A stretch of DNA of 64,000 bases. Source: Eubacteriales bacterium (GTDB lineage Bacteria > Bacillota > Clostridia > Christensenellales > CAG-138). How positions within the stretch are numbered: position 1 is the first letter of the stretch; every line of letters starts with the position of its first letter. Below are positions 17,080 through 26,607 of the stretch, one piece after another. The DNA lies in contig JAJFTZ010000022.1 of assembly GCA_021372675.1 (NCBI GenBank), positions 5,152 to 69,151 of the forward strand, read 5' to 3'. The translations under genes and the position numbers were made by a program. The notes beneath the pieces are model-generated. The model saw nothing but the letters and a program-made list of their open reading frames with translations. It did no database searches and was not told the origin of the DNA.

Positions 17080-18567
17080 TTAAGGCGCACCGAGCCGGCC
17101 GTAAATGTAGCACATCCGCCGGATTTTTTGCGCAAGCGAAGTGCGCAGGGCGTCTTTTTCCATACGCCATTTCCAGTTGCCGCCTAAGGTGCTCGGCGTG
17201 TTGGTGCGGGCGTCCGCCCCAAGGCCAAGGTAATCCTGCATCTGCGCCACAAAAAGCGCCGCCACGCTCGACATGCCGCCGCGTATCATGCCGAAGTTGA
17301 AACCTTCCTCACCGTTCAGGCCAAGGTACTCTTCCGCAAAGGCAACATCCTCCGGCGCGGCCTCGCGCCGCCATGCCATCACGGGGGCGTTATCGTGCGT
17401 ACCCACATAGCACACACAGTTTTGCGGGTAGGTATGCGGAAGATAGTCGCCGGGCTCGCGCGAATCAAACGCAAACTCGAGCACCTTCATGCCGGGAAGG
17501 CCTGATCCCCTGAGAAGCTCGCGCACGTTTTCATCGAGATACCCCAAATCCTCCGCAATGATCTCCATGCCGTGAACTTCGCCGCAAAGCGCCTTTACAA
17601 ATTCCGACCCGGGGCCTTTCACCCAACTCCCGTTCATCGCGGAGGTTTCTCCGGCATCCACGCTCCAATAGCTTTCAAACCCCCGGAAATGGTCGATGCG
17701 GATCGCGTCGTAAAGCCTTGCGGCACCGCGAATTCGCGCCTTCCACCATGCGTAGCCGTCCTTTTTCATATCCTCCCACCGGTAGAGGGGGTTGCCCCAA
17801 AGCTGGCCGGTTTTAGAAAAATGGTCGGGCGGAACGCCCGCAACGGCGGCCGGCTGAAGGTTTTCGTCGAGCAAAAAGTTCTCGGGGTCCGCCCAAACAT
17901 CCGCCGAATCCATGGCGACGTAAATGGGCAGGTCGCCGAGGATTCGCACGCCCTTTTTATGCGCATAATCGCGCAGCGCATAATACTGCTGAAAAAATTT
18001 GTATTGCTGGTAGGAGATAAACTCTATCTCGCGCGAAAGAAGCGTTTGATAGCGCCTGACCGCCTCGGGCTTTCGAAAACGGATATCGTCATCCTCCCAA
18101 GCCGTCCACGAGCGCATGCCGAAATGACGCTTGAGCGCCATAAAAAGCGCGTAGTCCGCAAGCCACGGCGCGTTTTCCTCGCAAAAACGGGAAAAATCGC
18201 CGGCGTCCCTTCGTATGCCGCGCGCGCAGGCCGTTTCAAGAAGCGCAAAGCGCGTTTCATAAACCGCCGCGTAATCGACAGACGCGCAGTCGGCCGGCGC
18301 ATTTTCAAAAAACTCCTCTTTGGTCAAAAGCCCTTCTTCCACAAGGAGGCTTGGGTCCACAAAATAGGGATTTCCGGCGTAGGCCGAAAAAGACTGGTAG
18401 GGGGAGTCTCCGTAGCTTGTGGGGCCAAGCGGCAAAAGCTGCCAATAGCGCTGGCCCGCCGCGTTTAAAAAGTCTACAAATTCATAGGCTTCCCTGCCGA
18501 AGGTGCCGATTCCTCCCGGCGAAGGCAGCGAGGAAACCGGAAGGAGTATGCCGCTGCTGCGTTTCAT
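17080..18567 (-). CDS. malQ: 4-alpha-glucanotransferase (amylomaltase, GH77)
   Basis: 495 aa. N-terminus SSGILLPVSSLPSPGGIGTFG and overall MalQ-like sequence. Confidence 0.9.
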   Translation of the reverse strand: MKRSSGILLPVSSLPSPGGIGTFGREAYEFVDFLNAAGQRYWQLLPLGPTSYGDSPYQSFSAYAGNPYFVDPSLLVEEGLLTKEEFFENAPADCASVDYAAVYETRFALLETACARGIRRDAGDFSRFCEENAPWLADYALFMALKRHFGMRSWTAWEDDDIRFRKPEAVRRYQTLLSREIEFISYQQYKFFQQYYALRDYAHKKGVRILGDLPIYVAMDSADVWADPENFLLDENLQPAAVAGVPPDHFSKTGQLWGNPLYRWEDMKKDGYAWWKARIRGAARLYDAIRIDHFRGFESYWSVDAGETSAMNGSWVKGPGSEFVKALCGEVHGMEIIAEDLGYLDENVRELLRGSGLPGMKVLEFAFDSREPGDYLPHTYPQNCVCYVGTHDNAPVMAWRREAAPEDVAFAEEYLGLNGEEGFNFGMIRGGMSSVAALFVAQMQDYLGLGADARTNTPSTLGGNWKWRMEKDALRTSLAQKIRRMCYIYGRLGAP

Positions 18568-18577
18568 TTCGTCGTCG

Positions 18578-19423
18578 TTATCCCTTTACCGCGCCTGCTA
18601 TGACGCCTTTTATGATATATTTCTGGCTCACCAGGTAAACGAGGATAATCGGCGCTACGGTGAGCATGATGCTCGCCATAAGCGGCCCCATCTCCACGCT
18701 GCCGTAGCTGCCGCGGAAATACTGGATCAGCATCGGTATCGTCATATACTTTTTGATGTCCAGCACAAGATAAGGCAACAGGTAGTCATTCCAAATCCAC
18801 ATGGTCTCCAAAATGCCCACGGAAATAAGCGTTGGGCGCAAAATCGGCACCACGATGCGGAAAAACGTCTGTATCGGATTACAGCCGTCGATCATGGCGG
18901 CCTCTTCGATTTCAAGCGGGATGGATTTTACAAAGCCCGCGAACATGAAAACCGCAAGCCCCGCGCCAAAGCCGAGATAGATGATGCAGATGTTCCACGG
19001 CGTATTTAAGCGCAGCAAATCCGCCGTTTGCGAGAGCGTGAACATGACCATTTGAAACGGAACGACCATGGAAAACACGCAAAGCAGGTAGATGATGCGC
19101 GAAAACGGCCCTTTTACGCGCGTGATGAACCATGCGCACATGGAGCAGCACAAAAGGATGAGCGCAACGGAGGATACCGTGATAAACAAACTGTATCCGA
19201 AGCTTTTCAAAAAGCCCTGCACCTCGATGGCGCGGATATAGTTGAGAATACCATGGAACGTTTCCGCCGTGGGCAGCGCAAAGGCCGACGCGGTCGTGAT
19301 CGCCCGTTCCTGCTTGAGCGAGTTCAAAAAGATCATGGCGATGGGGTAGATCCACGCGAGGGAGAAAACCGTGAGCACAAGGCTCCATATACGGCCAGAA
19401 CGCCTTTCTCTTCGATCCGTCAT
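18578..19423 (-). CDS. Carbohydrate ABC transporter permease (MalG-like)
   Basis: 281 aa, 6-TM protein with an EAA-loop region (IEEAAMIDGCNPIQTFFRIVVP). Confidence 0.85.
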   Translation of the reverse strand: MTDRRERRSGRIWSLVLTVFSLAWIYPIAMIFLNSLKQERAITTASAFALPTAETFHGILNYIRAIEVQGFLKSFGYSLFITVSSVALILLCCSMCAWFITRVKGPFSRIIYLLCVFSMVVPFQMVMFTLSQTADLLRLNTPWNICIIYLGFGAGLAVFMFAGFVKSIPLEIEEAAMIDGCNPIQTFFRIVVPILRPTLISVGILETMWIWNDYLLPYLVLDIKKYMTIPMLIQYFRGSYGSVEMGPLMASIMLTVAPIILVYLVSQKYIIKGVIAGAVKG

Positions 19424-19424
19424 A

Positions 19425-20276
19425 TCAGCTTTCCACCTCCTTGGAGCGTGTGATCCTGAGTTGAATCAAAGCGATAACGACAACCAGCAGGAAGAAAAGC
19501 ATGGCTTTTGCCTGCCCGAACCCCTTCCACTGCGCGCCCGCCCGGGCGTAGAACGTGTTGTAGATATTGAGCGCAAGCATTTCGGACGCATGCGCGGGCT
19601 CGCCGCCCGTGAGGGAAAGGTTCTGGTCGAAAAGCTTGAAGGAGTTGGTCACCGAAAGGAAGGTGCAAATGGTGATGGAGGGCATGACCATGGGGATTTT
19701 TATCTTCCAAAGCGTTTTCCATGAAGTCGCGCCGTCTATCTTCGCAGCCTCGAGAAGCTCGAGCGGCACATTTTGGAGCCCCGCGATGTAGATGATCATC
19801 ATGTAGCCGATCTGCTGCCAGCACATGAGCGCCACAAGCCCCCAGAATCCGTAGGTGGCATCGAGCACGAGAAGCGGCTTTTCCAAAAGCATCAGAAGCG
19901 CGTTCAGGAGGATTTGCCAGATGTAGCCGAGCACGATGCCGCCGATGAGGTTGGGCATGAAGAACACGGAGCGGAAGTAATTGGTGCCGCGTATGCCGCG
20001 CGTGAGCAAAAGCGCAACGGAAAACGCCAGCACGTTGATAAGGAACGTGGTCACAACGGTGAACACCGCCGTAAACCCGAAGGCGTGCGTGAAGGTGCTG
20101 TCCGCCCATATTTTCACATAATTATCAATCCCCGCCCACGCCGCGTCCTTCACCGTGGTAAAGCGGCAGAAGGAAAGGTATACCCCTTCCCCGAAGGGAA
20201 CGAGAAAGCCGATGATAAACGCGACGAGCGTTGGCAGCATGAAAACCGGCCAGTATTTTTTAATTGCTTTTACCAT
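19425..20276 (-). CDS. Carbohydrate ABC transporter permease (MalF-like)
   Basis: 283 aa with an EAA loop (LLEAAKIDGATSWKTLWKIKIP). Lies 1 nt from the downstream permease. Confidence 0.85.
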   Translation of the reverse strand: MVKAIKKYWPVFMLPTLVAFIIGFLVPFGEGVYLSFCRFTTVKDAAWAGIDNYVKIWADSTFTHAFGFTAVFTVVTTFLINVLAFSVALLLTRGIRGTNYFRSVFFMPNLIGGIVLGYIWQILLNALLMLLEKPLLVLDATYGFWGLVALMCWQQIGYMMIIYIAGLQNVPLELLEAAKIDGATSWKTLWKIKIPMVMPSITICTFLSVTNSFKLFDQNLSLTGGEPAHASEMLALNIYNTFYARAGAQWKGFGQAKAMLFFLLVVVIALIQLRITRSKEVES

Positions 20277-20315
20277 ACGGCTCCTCTCAGTTCCATAAGA
20301 TTTGCGGTGATGCTG

Positions 20316-20348
20316 TTTTAAAAGAAGGGCGGGCGTTTCCGTCCGCCC
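20316..20348 (-). terminator. Intercistronic stem-loop/attenuator after the sugar-binding protein gene
   Basis: 9-bp GC stem (20327-20335 / 20340-20348, one G-U pair) with a 4-nt loop, followed on the minus strand by TTCTTTTAAAA. Confidence 0.5.
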
Positions 20349-20395
20349 CTTTCATTTTAGCCAATCGGGCGCTTTGCGTCAAATGCCTTGCGGAA

Positions 20396-21733
20396 TTAAC
20401 CGACGTGGCTCAGCGCGTACTCGCTCTTCCAGCCATCCACGAACGCGGCGGTTACCGCGGCCCAGTCGCCGGTACCGGCGGCGTAGGCGGTGAGGGCGGA
20501 GCCAAGCGCGTTCTTCCATTCCTCGGAGGGCATGGTGGCGAAGCACCAGGCTACAGCGGTTTTGCCGTTTGCGATGTATTCATCGGCAATCTTGATGAGG
20601 GGGTTGGCGGAAGGCTTCGCGCTCTTGAACGGGCAAACAAAACCCATGTCGTCCGCGAGGGCGGTGGTGCCGGTTTCGGAGGTAACGACCCAGTAGAGGA
20701 AGTCGAGAGTGGCCTGAATGTCCTCTTCGGAGGCGTTCTTGTTGACGCACCAGAAGTTTTCGGATCCCGTGCAAAGGCCCTGATTCTCCTCGCCATCCGC
20801 GCCGATGTAGATGGGCAGCATATAGAGGTTTTCATCGCCGACGGACTTGATGTCGTTGTACGCCCATGTGCCGTTCTGATAGAACACAGCCTGACCGTCT
20901 ACAAATTCGGACACCGCGTCGTTGCCGGTCTTGGCGGCAAGCTCGGTGGGAGCGCAGGTGGCGTTGTTGATGTAAAGGTCCCAAATCGCCTTGTAGTTTT
21001 CAAGGTAGGTACCCTTGATGGCGTCGGTCGAGCCGATGCCGTCCGCCGTATACTCGTAGTAGATGGGCAGGTTGGCAAGGTGGGTCTTGAACCTCCAGTC
21101 GGACGAATCGTCCATACCGGCGGAGGTGAAAGCGGAGAAGCCAAGCTCGGCCTTGCGGGCTGTAATGTCTTCCGCGGCCGCCTTGAGGGTCTCGAAGTTG
21201 GTGATGTCGCTCACGCTGTAGCCCGCCTTCGTGAGAAGGGACGTGTTGACGATGATGCCGTAGGTTTCGATAACATAGGCAATCCCGTAGACAGCGTCGT
21301 TTTCGATGAGGGCAAAATCGTTGCTGGTCAGCTCACCGTAGAGCTTGGAGGAAGAAAGGTCGTAGCAATAATCCTTCCAGTTGGCCAAGCCCACGGGGCC
21401 GTTTACCTGGAAGAGCGTGGGGGCCTCGGACTTGCCCATTTCGCTCATCAGGGTGGTTTCGTAGGTGTTTGCCGCGGCGGTTACGACCGTTACGGGCACG
21501 CCGGTTTCAGCCGTGTAGGCCTGGGCAAGAGCCTGCCACTGGGCATCCTGTTCCGGTTTGAAGTTGAGGTAATACACGGAGCCGGCCGCCGTCTGCCCGG
21601 GAACAGCGGTTGTCTCCACGGGCGTTTCGGTTTGCGCGATCACGGGAGTCGTCCCGGGCTGCGTTGCGGTCTGGCAGCCTATAAGGCCTGCCGCCATAAC
21701 AAACACCAAAATTACTGCTAAAGTTTTTTTCAT
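20396..21733 (-). CDS. Carbohydrate ABC transporter substrate-binding lipoprotein
   Basis: 445 aa. Signal peptide plus lipobox AGLIGC. Family-1 solute-binding-like sequence, adjacent to the MalFG-like permeases. Confidence 0.85.
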   Translation of the reverse strand: MKKTLAVILVFVMAAGLIGCQTATQPGTTPVIAQTETPVETTAVPGQTAAGSVYYLNFKPEQDAQWQALAQAYTAETGVPVTVVTAAANTYETTLMSEMGKSEAPTLFQVNGPVGLANWKDYCYDLSSSKLYGELTSNDFALIENDAVYGIAYVIETYGIIVNTSLLTKAGYSVSDITNFETLKAAAEDITARKAELGFSAFTSAGMDDSSDWRFKTHLANLPIYYEYTADGIGSTDAIKGTYLENYKAIWDLYINNATCAPTELAAKTGNDAVSEFVDGQAVFYQNGTWAYNDIKSVGDENLYMLPIYIGADGEENQGLCTGSENFWCVNKNASEEDIQATLDFLYWVVTSETGTTALADDMGFVCPFKSAKPSANPLIKIADEYIANGKTAVAWCFATMPSEEWKNALGSALTAYAAGTGDWAAVTAAFVDGWKSEYALSHVG

Positions 21734-21787
21734 TGTACTCTCTCCTTATTCATAATTTGCGCGGAATGCGCAAACCTGGAAACGTTT

Positions 21788-22804
21788 TTAAACCTGCCGG
21801 ACGGAGCCGCCTGCGCGGAGGCTGGTTTCCAGCAGCACATGGCTGTTGACGCCCTTTTTTTCAATGAGACCCGCGAGAATGTCCACGCTTCTTAAGGCAA
21901 GCTCTTCGGCCGGCTGCGCGAGCGTCGTCAGCGTGGGTATGCAGTAGTTGGAAAATTCGATGCCGTCGATGGCAATCACGGAAAGGTCGTCCGGCACGCG
22001 AAGCTTCATATCCGCGGCGGCCTTCATGGCGGCGACCCCCATCAAATCGGAGATGGCGAAAATAGCCGTGGGCCTTGCCCGCCCGATGAGCGCTACGGCG
22101 GCGGCATAAGCGTCGCTCATTTCAAAGCTTCCGGCGCAACCGACGAGGGAAGCGTCGAGCGCAATGCCGCTGTCGCTAAGCGCGCTCAAATACCCTTCGT
22201 ATCTTAACTGGCTGATGGAGCCGCCGTCCTTGCGCTCGATGAGCGCGCCGATGCGCCTGTGGCCTTTTTGAAGGAGATGTTCGACCGCCCGCCTCGCCGT
22301 GATTCTATCGTCGATGGCGACGGAGGAATAATTCCCTTCCTCAAGCGCGCCGAACGCGTTCGTGTAGGAGCAGCATACAAACGGCACCTTGATGGCGGCG
22401 ATGTCGTCCGCAAGGTAATTGAACCTGCCGCCAAGGAAAATGATGCCCTTCAAACGCTTTTCCCGCTCGAGCATCGCCGCGGCCTTAAGCTCGTCGTCGC
22501 TGGTATCGATGTAATGCACGGACATATCGTACCCGCTTTTGTTAAGCCTGGGCTCGATGATTTTGATGAGCCGCGCAAAGAAAGGGTTGCCGCGCCCCCT
22601 GATGATGAGCGCGATCACGTTGGATTTGCGGATCACGAGGTTTCTGGCGCTGTTGTTGGGGACGTAATGGTTGGAGCCGATGACCTCGAGCACCTTCTGG
22701 CGGGCTGTTTCGCTTACATCCACATGCTCGTTGAGCACGCGTGAAACGGTGCTGACGCTTGTTCCGCTCAGCCTTGCGATGTCTTTGATGGTAAGATGAC
22801 TCAT
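21788..22804 (-). CDS. LacI family transcriptional regulator
   Basis: 338 aa. HTH TIKDIARLSGTSVSTVSRVLN and a periplasmic-binding-like sugar-binding domain. Confidence 0.9.
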   Translation of the reverse strand: MSHLTIKDIARLSGTSVSTVSRVLNEHVDVSETARQKVLEVIGSNHYVPNNSARNLVIRKSNVIALIIRGRGNPFFARLIKIIEPRLNKSGYDMSVHYIDTSDDELKAAAMLEREKRLKGIIFLGGRFNYLADDIAAIKVPFVCCSYTNAFGALEEGNYSSVAIDDRITARRAVEHLLQKGHRRIGALIERKDGGSISQLRYEGYLSALSDSGIALDASLVGCAGSFEMSDAYAAAVALIGRARPTAIFAISDLMGVAAMKAAADMKLRVPDDLSVIAIDGIEFSNYCIPTLTTLAQPAEELALRSVDILAGLIEKKGVNSHVLLETSLRAGGSVRQV

Positions 22805-22863
22805 AACGCCTCTCTCTGAACCAGCGCCCGAAAAAAGTAGAGAATCTGTGCGGGAATGCTTTT

Positions 22864-22887
22864 GGTAACGTTACCGGAAACGTTTCC
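22864..22887. promoter_or_regulatory. Two abutting perfect 12-bp palindromes, candidate LacI-family operators
   Basis: GGTAACGTTACC (22864-22875) is immediately followed by GGAAACGTTTCC (22876-22887). Both have the central CG typical of LacI/cre-like operators and lie downstream of the -10 of the lacI-family promoter. Confidence 0.6.
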
Positions 22888-22902
22888 AGTCCGGCGAAAT
22901 AA

Positions 22903-22932
22903 ATTATATCATAGGTATCCGGAAAAAGTCAA
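22903..22932 (-). promoter_or_regulatory. Sigma-A type promoter of the lacI-family/maltodextrin operon
   Basis: On the minus strand: TTGACT (22932-22927), 18-nt spacer, TATAAT (22908-22903). Confidence 0.6.
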
Positions 22933-22957
22933 CCCCGCAGAAAAGATAACAAGATAC

Positions 22958-22998
22958 GAAAAAAAGCGCGTCCGGGATAGGCCCGAACGCGCCTTTTT
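22958..22998. terminator. Bidirectional-looking terminator (A-tract, stem, T-tract)
   Basis: GCGCGTCCGGG / CCCGAACGCGC stem with one mismatch, flanked by AAAAAAA and TTTTT. Lies downstream of the minus-strand small membrane protein gene. Confidence 0.6.
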
Positions 22999-23172
22999 GC
23001 CGTTTAAACCGCCTGCGCGCGGAAACTGTGCCGAAGAACAGTTTTTGGGCGGCGCTTCAAAATTCCTCTCGATTTCGGCGTTCGCTTTTCGCAAAATCAA
23101 CGAGAACAACCGGTTCCTCGCGCCTTATACCGGAGAACCGGACCGGGCGCAAAACGGGAAAAGCAAGTCGTT

Positions 23173-23439
23173 TTAGCGCTTCTTAACGCTTTTTTTGTTT
23201 CTATGGTTCGCCATGCCGATGAAAACGCCGTAAAAGAGGCCGACCGCGGCAAGGCAAATATAGAGGATGCGGTCCTTAGGGAGCGCGATCGCCTGCCATA
23301 CGCAGAGGCCGATGACGACGGCGCTTACAACGAAGCTGCTGACGAGGACGGGCGTGGATAGGACGCGCGCTTTCGCGGCCGGCTGCCTGAATGCCTTCAT
23401 AGCGGTTCCTCCCGTGCGGTATCTTTTTAAACCTTTCAC
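23173..23439 (-). CDS. Small hypothetical membrane protein (two predicted TM helices)
   Basis: 88-aa ORF with two hydrophobic segments and a basic C-terminus; no recognised family. The start may be the internal Met (MKAFRQ). Confidence 0.45.
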   Translation of the reverse strand: MKGLKRYRTGGTAMKAFRQPAAKARVLSTPVLVSSFVVSAVVIGLCVWQAIALPKDRILYICLAAVGLFYGVFIGMANHRNKKSVKKR

Positions 23440-23543
23440 TTACAGGATGAGCATACCATAAAACCCGAGGCTTGCGAACGAATAAATTTGTCAAAATGCG
23501 TTAGGCGGGTTGCTTCTATGCGTTCCTATGGTATGCTTGCCTT

Positions 23544-24353
23544 ATGAATGCACGCGATTATTTGATTTATTGCGACATGGACGGCACCTTGCTTTCGGAA
23601 TGGAGCCTCGGCCCTACAGTGCCTAAGGCCAACATGGATGCGCTCAAGGCGTTTATCCAAGCGGGGGGAGCGGTTTCCATCGCCACGGGCAGGCAGCATG
23701 CGGACACGCTCTCGTTTTTTGAGGGCATCCGCTTTTCCGCGCCGCTCGTGCTCAACAACGGAAGCTATATCTACGACCAAAATGAAAAGCGGGTCATCCA
23801 TAGGGAACCGCTGCCCTCAGGCTGCGTAAAGGAGGCCGTGGAGCTTGTAAAACAACACGACGACCTCTGGGTCGTCGCCGCGGATGAAGAGCGGATTTAT
23901 CAGCTTTCCGAATCGCCCGAAAAGGACGTTCGTACGGCCGATGGCTTCCCGCGCCGCATGCTCGACGAAAGCTCGTTTCTCTCCTTGGACGCGGGGAAGC
24001 TCTGCTATATCTGCGCCGGCGCTTCGCGTATGAGCGCGCTTTGGGAGGCCGTAAACAAAATGGAAACGCGCCCTCTCATCGCGGGCTTTCAGTCTTCGCC
24101 CATCTATCTGGAGGTGGTCAAAAAGGGTGTATCCAAGGCGACCGGCATCCGAAAAGCGGCCGTGCTTGCGGGCCTTACGGGGCGCAAATTGGTCTGCATC
24201 GGCGATTATTTGAACGATTACGACATGCTCAAAATGGCCGATATCGCCGCGTGCCCCGCCAACGCCGCCCGGGAGGTTTTGGAAATTTGCCAAATCGTCA
24301 CGCGCCATCATAACGAAGGCGCGTTTGCCGACCTTCTCACGAAGCTGCCGTAA
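23544..24353 (+). CDS. HAD-IIB (Cof-type) phosphatase
   Basis: 269 aa. Motif I DMDGTLL and motif IV GDYLNDYDML. Confidence 0.8.
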   Translation: MNARDYLIYCDMDGTLLSEWSLGPTVPKANMDALKAFIQAGGAVSIATGRQHADTLSFFEGIRFSAPLVLNNGSYIYDQNEKRVIHREPLPSGCVKEAVELVKQHDDLWVVAADEERIYQLSESPEKDVRTADGFPRRMLDESSFLSLDAGKLCYICAGASRMSALWEAVNKMETRPLIAGFQSSPIYLEVVKKGVSKATGIRKAAVLAGLTGRKLVCIGDYLNDYDMLKMADIAACPANAAREVLEICQIVTRHHNEGAFADLLTKLP

Positions 24354-24370
24354 GACGGGAGCTTTAAACG

Positions 24371-24409
24371 GATACCGCACCGGCGCAAGCCGGCGCGGTA
24401 TCTTTTTTT
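24371..24409 (+). terminator. Rho-independent terminator after the HAD gene
   Basis: GATACCGCACCGGC-GCAA-GCCGGCGCGGTATC (14-bp stem, one mismatch) followed by TTTTTTT. Confidence 0.8.
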
Positions 24410-25031
24410 ACTTCTCGTCGTCCATTTCGTCATAATTGACCGTCTCTTCCCGCGTCGGGGCGGGCGCCTTTTTATCGGATCCCCGCTTTTTTGCCTTCCT
24501 TTGCGCGCGCATGCGCCTTTCCTCCTCGCGCGCGGCGGCCTGTTTGAGGCGGCGCGCCTTTTTGTCGTACAGCGCGGCGTCCACCGTGGGGGTAAACGGG
24601 AGTCCGAGCGCCTCGGCCACCGCCATGGCGAGCGGCTCCGCCTTCGCGCCGTCGCCGCCCGCGACGAAGGTGGGGATCGCGCAGGGCTCCGCGCCGGAGG
24701 CGTCGTAAAACACGAGCGCGCGGGAAACGTGCTGTTCAAGCCGGGTCTCGCGCGTGGCCGCGCTTGCCGCGTTTTTTAAATCGTAGGTCTCGCGCCGCCC
24801 GGGAAGGGCCAGCGTAATAATTTTTTGATAGGGGTCGATGCTAAGAGAGGAAAGAAATACGAAAAACGTGTAAACGGAAAGCAGCAGGAGCAGCACGCCG
24901 CACGCCGCGGCAAGCAGGACGAGGCTCTGCGAGCCGCTCAGCAGCAAAAGCGCCGCGGCAAAAAGCAACAAAATATCGCCCGCAATGCAAAAAACACGGG
25001 AGGCCGGGTCGGATAAGCGAAACTTTTTCAT
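24408..25031 (-). CDS. Hypothetical membrane protein with a highly charged C-terminal tail
   Basis: 207 aa. Two N-terminal TM helices and a Lys/Arg/Glu-rich C-terminus. No recognised family. Confidence 0.45.
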   Translation of the reverse strand: MKKFRLSDPASRVFCIAGDILLLFAAALLLLSGSQSLVLLAAACGVLLLLLSVYTFFVFLSSLSIDPYQKIITLALPGRRETYDLKNAASAATRETRLEQHVSRALVFYDASGAEPCAIPTFVAGGDGAKAEPLAMAVAEALGLPFTPTVDAALYDKKARRLKQAAAREEERRMRAQRKAKKRGSDKKAPAPTREETVNYDEMDDEK

Positions 25032-25230
25032 ACGTCTGCGTCCTTTACAATCGTTATCGGCGTTGTCTTTATCATATCATAAATGCAGGGAGGCACATGA
25101 AAAAATGCAGATAAATTTTGTCATTAAGCGGCAATTAGTGGATATGCGGGCCGCGATTTGATACATTAACAACAGAAGCACATGCAACTCTTTTTTGACC
25201 GTCTTTTAACCGCAACTTTGGAGGAGCAAA

Positions 25231-25725
25231 ATGGGCAAGGACTATATTCGGATCGACGACCGGCTCATTCACGGGCAAATCGTGATGGCGTGGTGCGGCC
25301 ATTTAAAGATCAAAGAAATCATCGCCGTAGACGATAATCTCGCATCCAACAAAACGCTTCAGTCCATTATGCTCATGGGCATTCCGCAAGCCTACAAGGC
25401 GCATGTCGTCACCATGGAGGGCGCGAAGGATATCCTGTCACAGCCGAGCGAGGTCAACCGCCTGTTCGTAACGCGCTTCCCGCAGGACCTGCGTAATTTC
25501 CTCGCGGAGATCAAAAAATTCGAAACGATCGTTTTGGGCAACGCGGGCAAGCGCCCGGATACCAAATACAATCTTACCAAGGGCGGCGGCAGCGTGTTCT
25601 TCGCAAGCGAGGAGGACGTGAAGCTGTTCGACGAGCTTGAAGCTGGGGGCAACCGTCTCATCTATCAAACCGTTCCTTCCTCGCCGCTGCGCGAATGGGC
25701 CGAGCTGCGCAAATCCGTAAAGTAA
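25231..25725 (+). CDS. PTS mannose/fructose/sorbose-family EIIB component
   Basis: 164 aa. N-terminal IRIDDRLIHGQI (phospho-His motif of EIIB-Man). SD GGAGGAG. Confidence 0.85.
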   Translation: MGKDYIRIDDRLIHGQIVMAWCGHLKIKEIIAVDDNLASNKTLQSIMLMGIPQAYKAHVVTMEGAKDILSQPSEVNRLFVTRFPQDLRNFLAEIKKFETIVLGNAGKRPDTKYNLTKGGGSVFFASEEDVKLFDELEAGGNRLIYQTVPSSPLREWAELRKSVK

Positions 25726-25818
25726 GGGGAGCAAAAGCCCGTGCCCGGAGCCAAGCGCCTTCCTTTGTGTAAAAGGACGCAAGTTCTTTTATAATACGAA
25801 AAAGTTGGGAGGATACTC

Positions 25819-26604
25819 ATGGTTGTACAAATCGTTCTTGTGGCCTTATTCATCTATCTGGCCGCAATCGGCTCCATTGTGGGCAATACCATAGGATGGT
25901 ATTGCCTGGGCAGGCCGCTGGTGGCATCCTTTGTGGTGGGCCTTATCATGGGCGACGTTCAAACCGCCATGATCGTAGGCGTGCCGCTTCAGATTGCCTA
26001 CCTTGCGAACGTGACGCCCGGCGGCGCCGTCGCATGGGACCTGTCATACGCGACCTACGTCGGCACGTTTACCGCGATCGCACTCAAATCCACGGTGAGC
26101 GGCGACGCGGCGCTCATCGGCCTTGCGTTTGTTGGCGCGGGCATCGGCGGCGTGGTCGGCGGCACGATGTGGAACGTTCACTATGCGCTGGACGTGTTCA
26201 TCAACCGCTGGGCGCATAAGGTTGCCGACGCGGGCGACACGAAGAAAATGTGGATGCCCAACGTGATCGGCGGGCAAGTCATCGGCTTTCTGTGCCGCTT
26301 CATCCCCGCGGTCGTCGTGCTGAGCGCCATTTCGGCGGGCGCAGCGGGCGGCGCGGGCATCAGCATACCCGGGTGGTTCATCACGGGCATCAGCACCTTT
26401 GGCAGCATGATGGCCGCCCTCGGTATGGGCATCATCCTATCGTTCCTCGTGAAGGAGGGGCTCCACTGGGCGATCTTCTTTGCGGGCTTCGTACTCGTTA
26501 CTTACTTCGGCCTGGGCACCATGGCGGTCGCGGTCGTAGCCACCATCGTCGCCGTCATCTTCTACGCCATAAGCAGCGGCAAAGCGGAAAGGGAGGAGGC
26601 GTAA
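25819..26604 (+). CDS. PTS mannose-family EIIC component
   Basis: 261 aa polytopic membrane protein placed between the EIIB and EIID genes. Confidence 0.8.
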   Translation: MVVQIVLVALFIYLAAIGSIVGNTIGWYCLGRPLVASFVVGLIMGDVQTAMIVGVPLQIAYLANVTPGGAVAWDLSYATYVGTFTAIALKSTVSGDAALIGLAFVGAGIGGVVGGTMWNVHYALDVFINRWAHKVADAGDTKKMWMPNVIGGQVIGFLCRFIPAVVVLSAISAGAAGGAGISIPGWFITGISTFGSMMAALGMGIILSFLVKEGLHWAIFFAGFVLVTYFGLGTMAVAVVATIVAVIFYAISSGKAEREEA

Positions 26605-26607
26605 ATC

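Noticed and set aside
20264-21721. 485-aa ORF antisense to the sugar-binding lipoprotein gene
   Set aside because: Shadow ORF with Gly/Val/Arg-rich repetitive composition. The minus strand encodes a convincing lipoprotein with signal peptide and lipobox.
25032-25230. Sigma-54 (-24/-12) promoter upstream of the mannose-family PTS operon
   Set aside because: I found no TGGCAC-N5-TTGCA-like element, and no LevR/EBP-type activator gene is nearby. An RpiR regulator is present instead.
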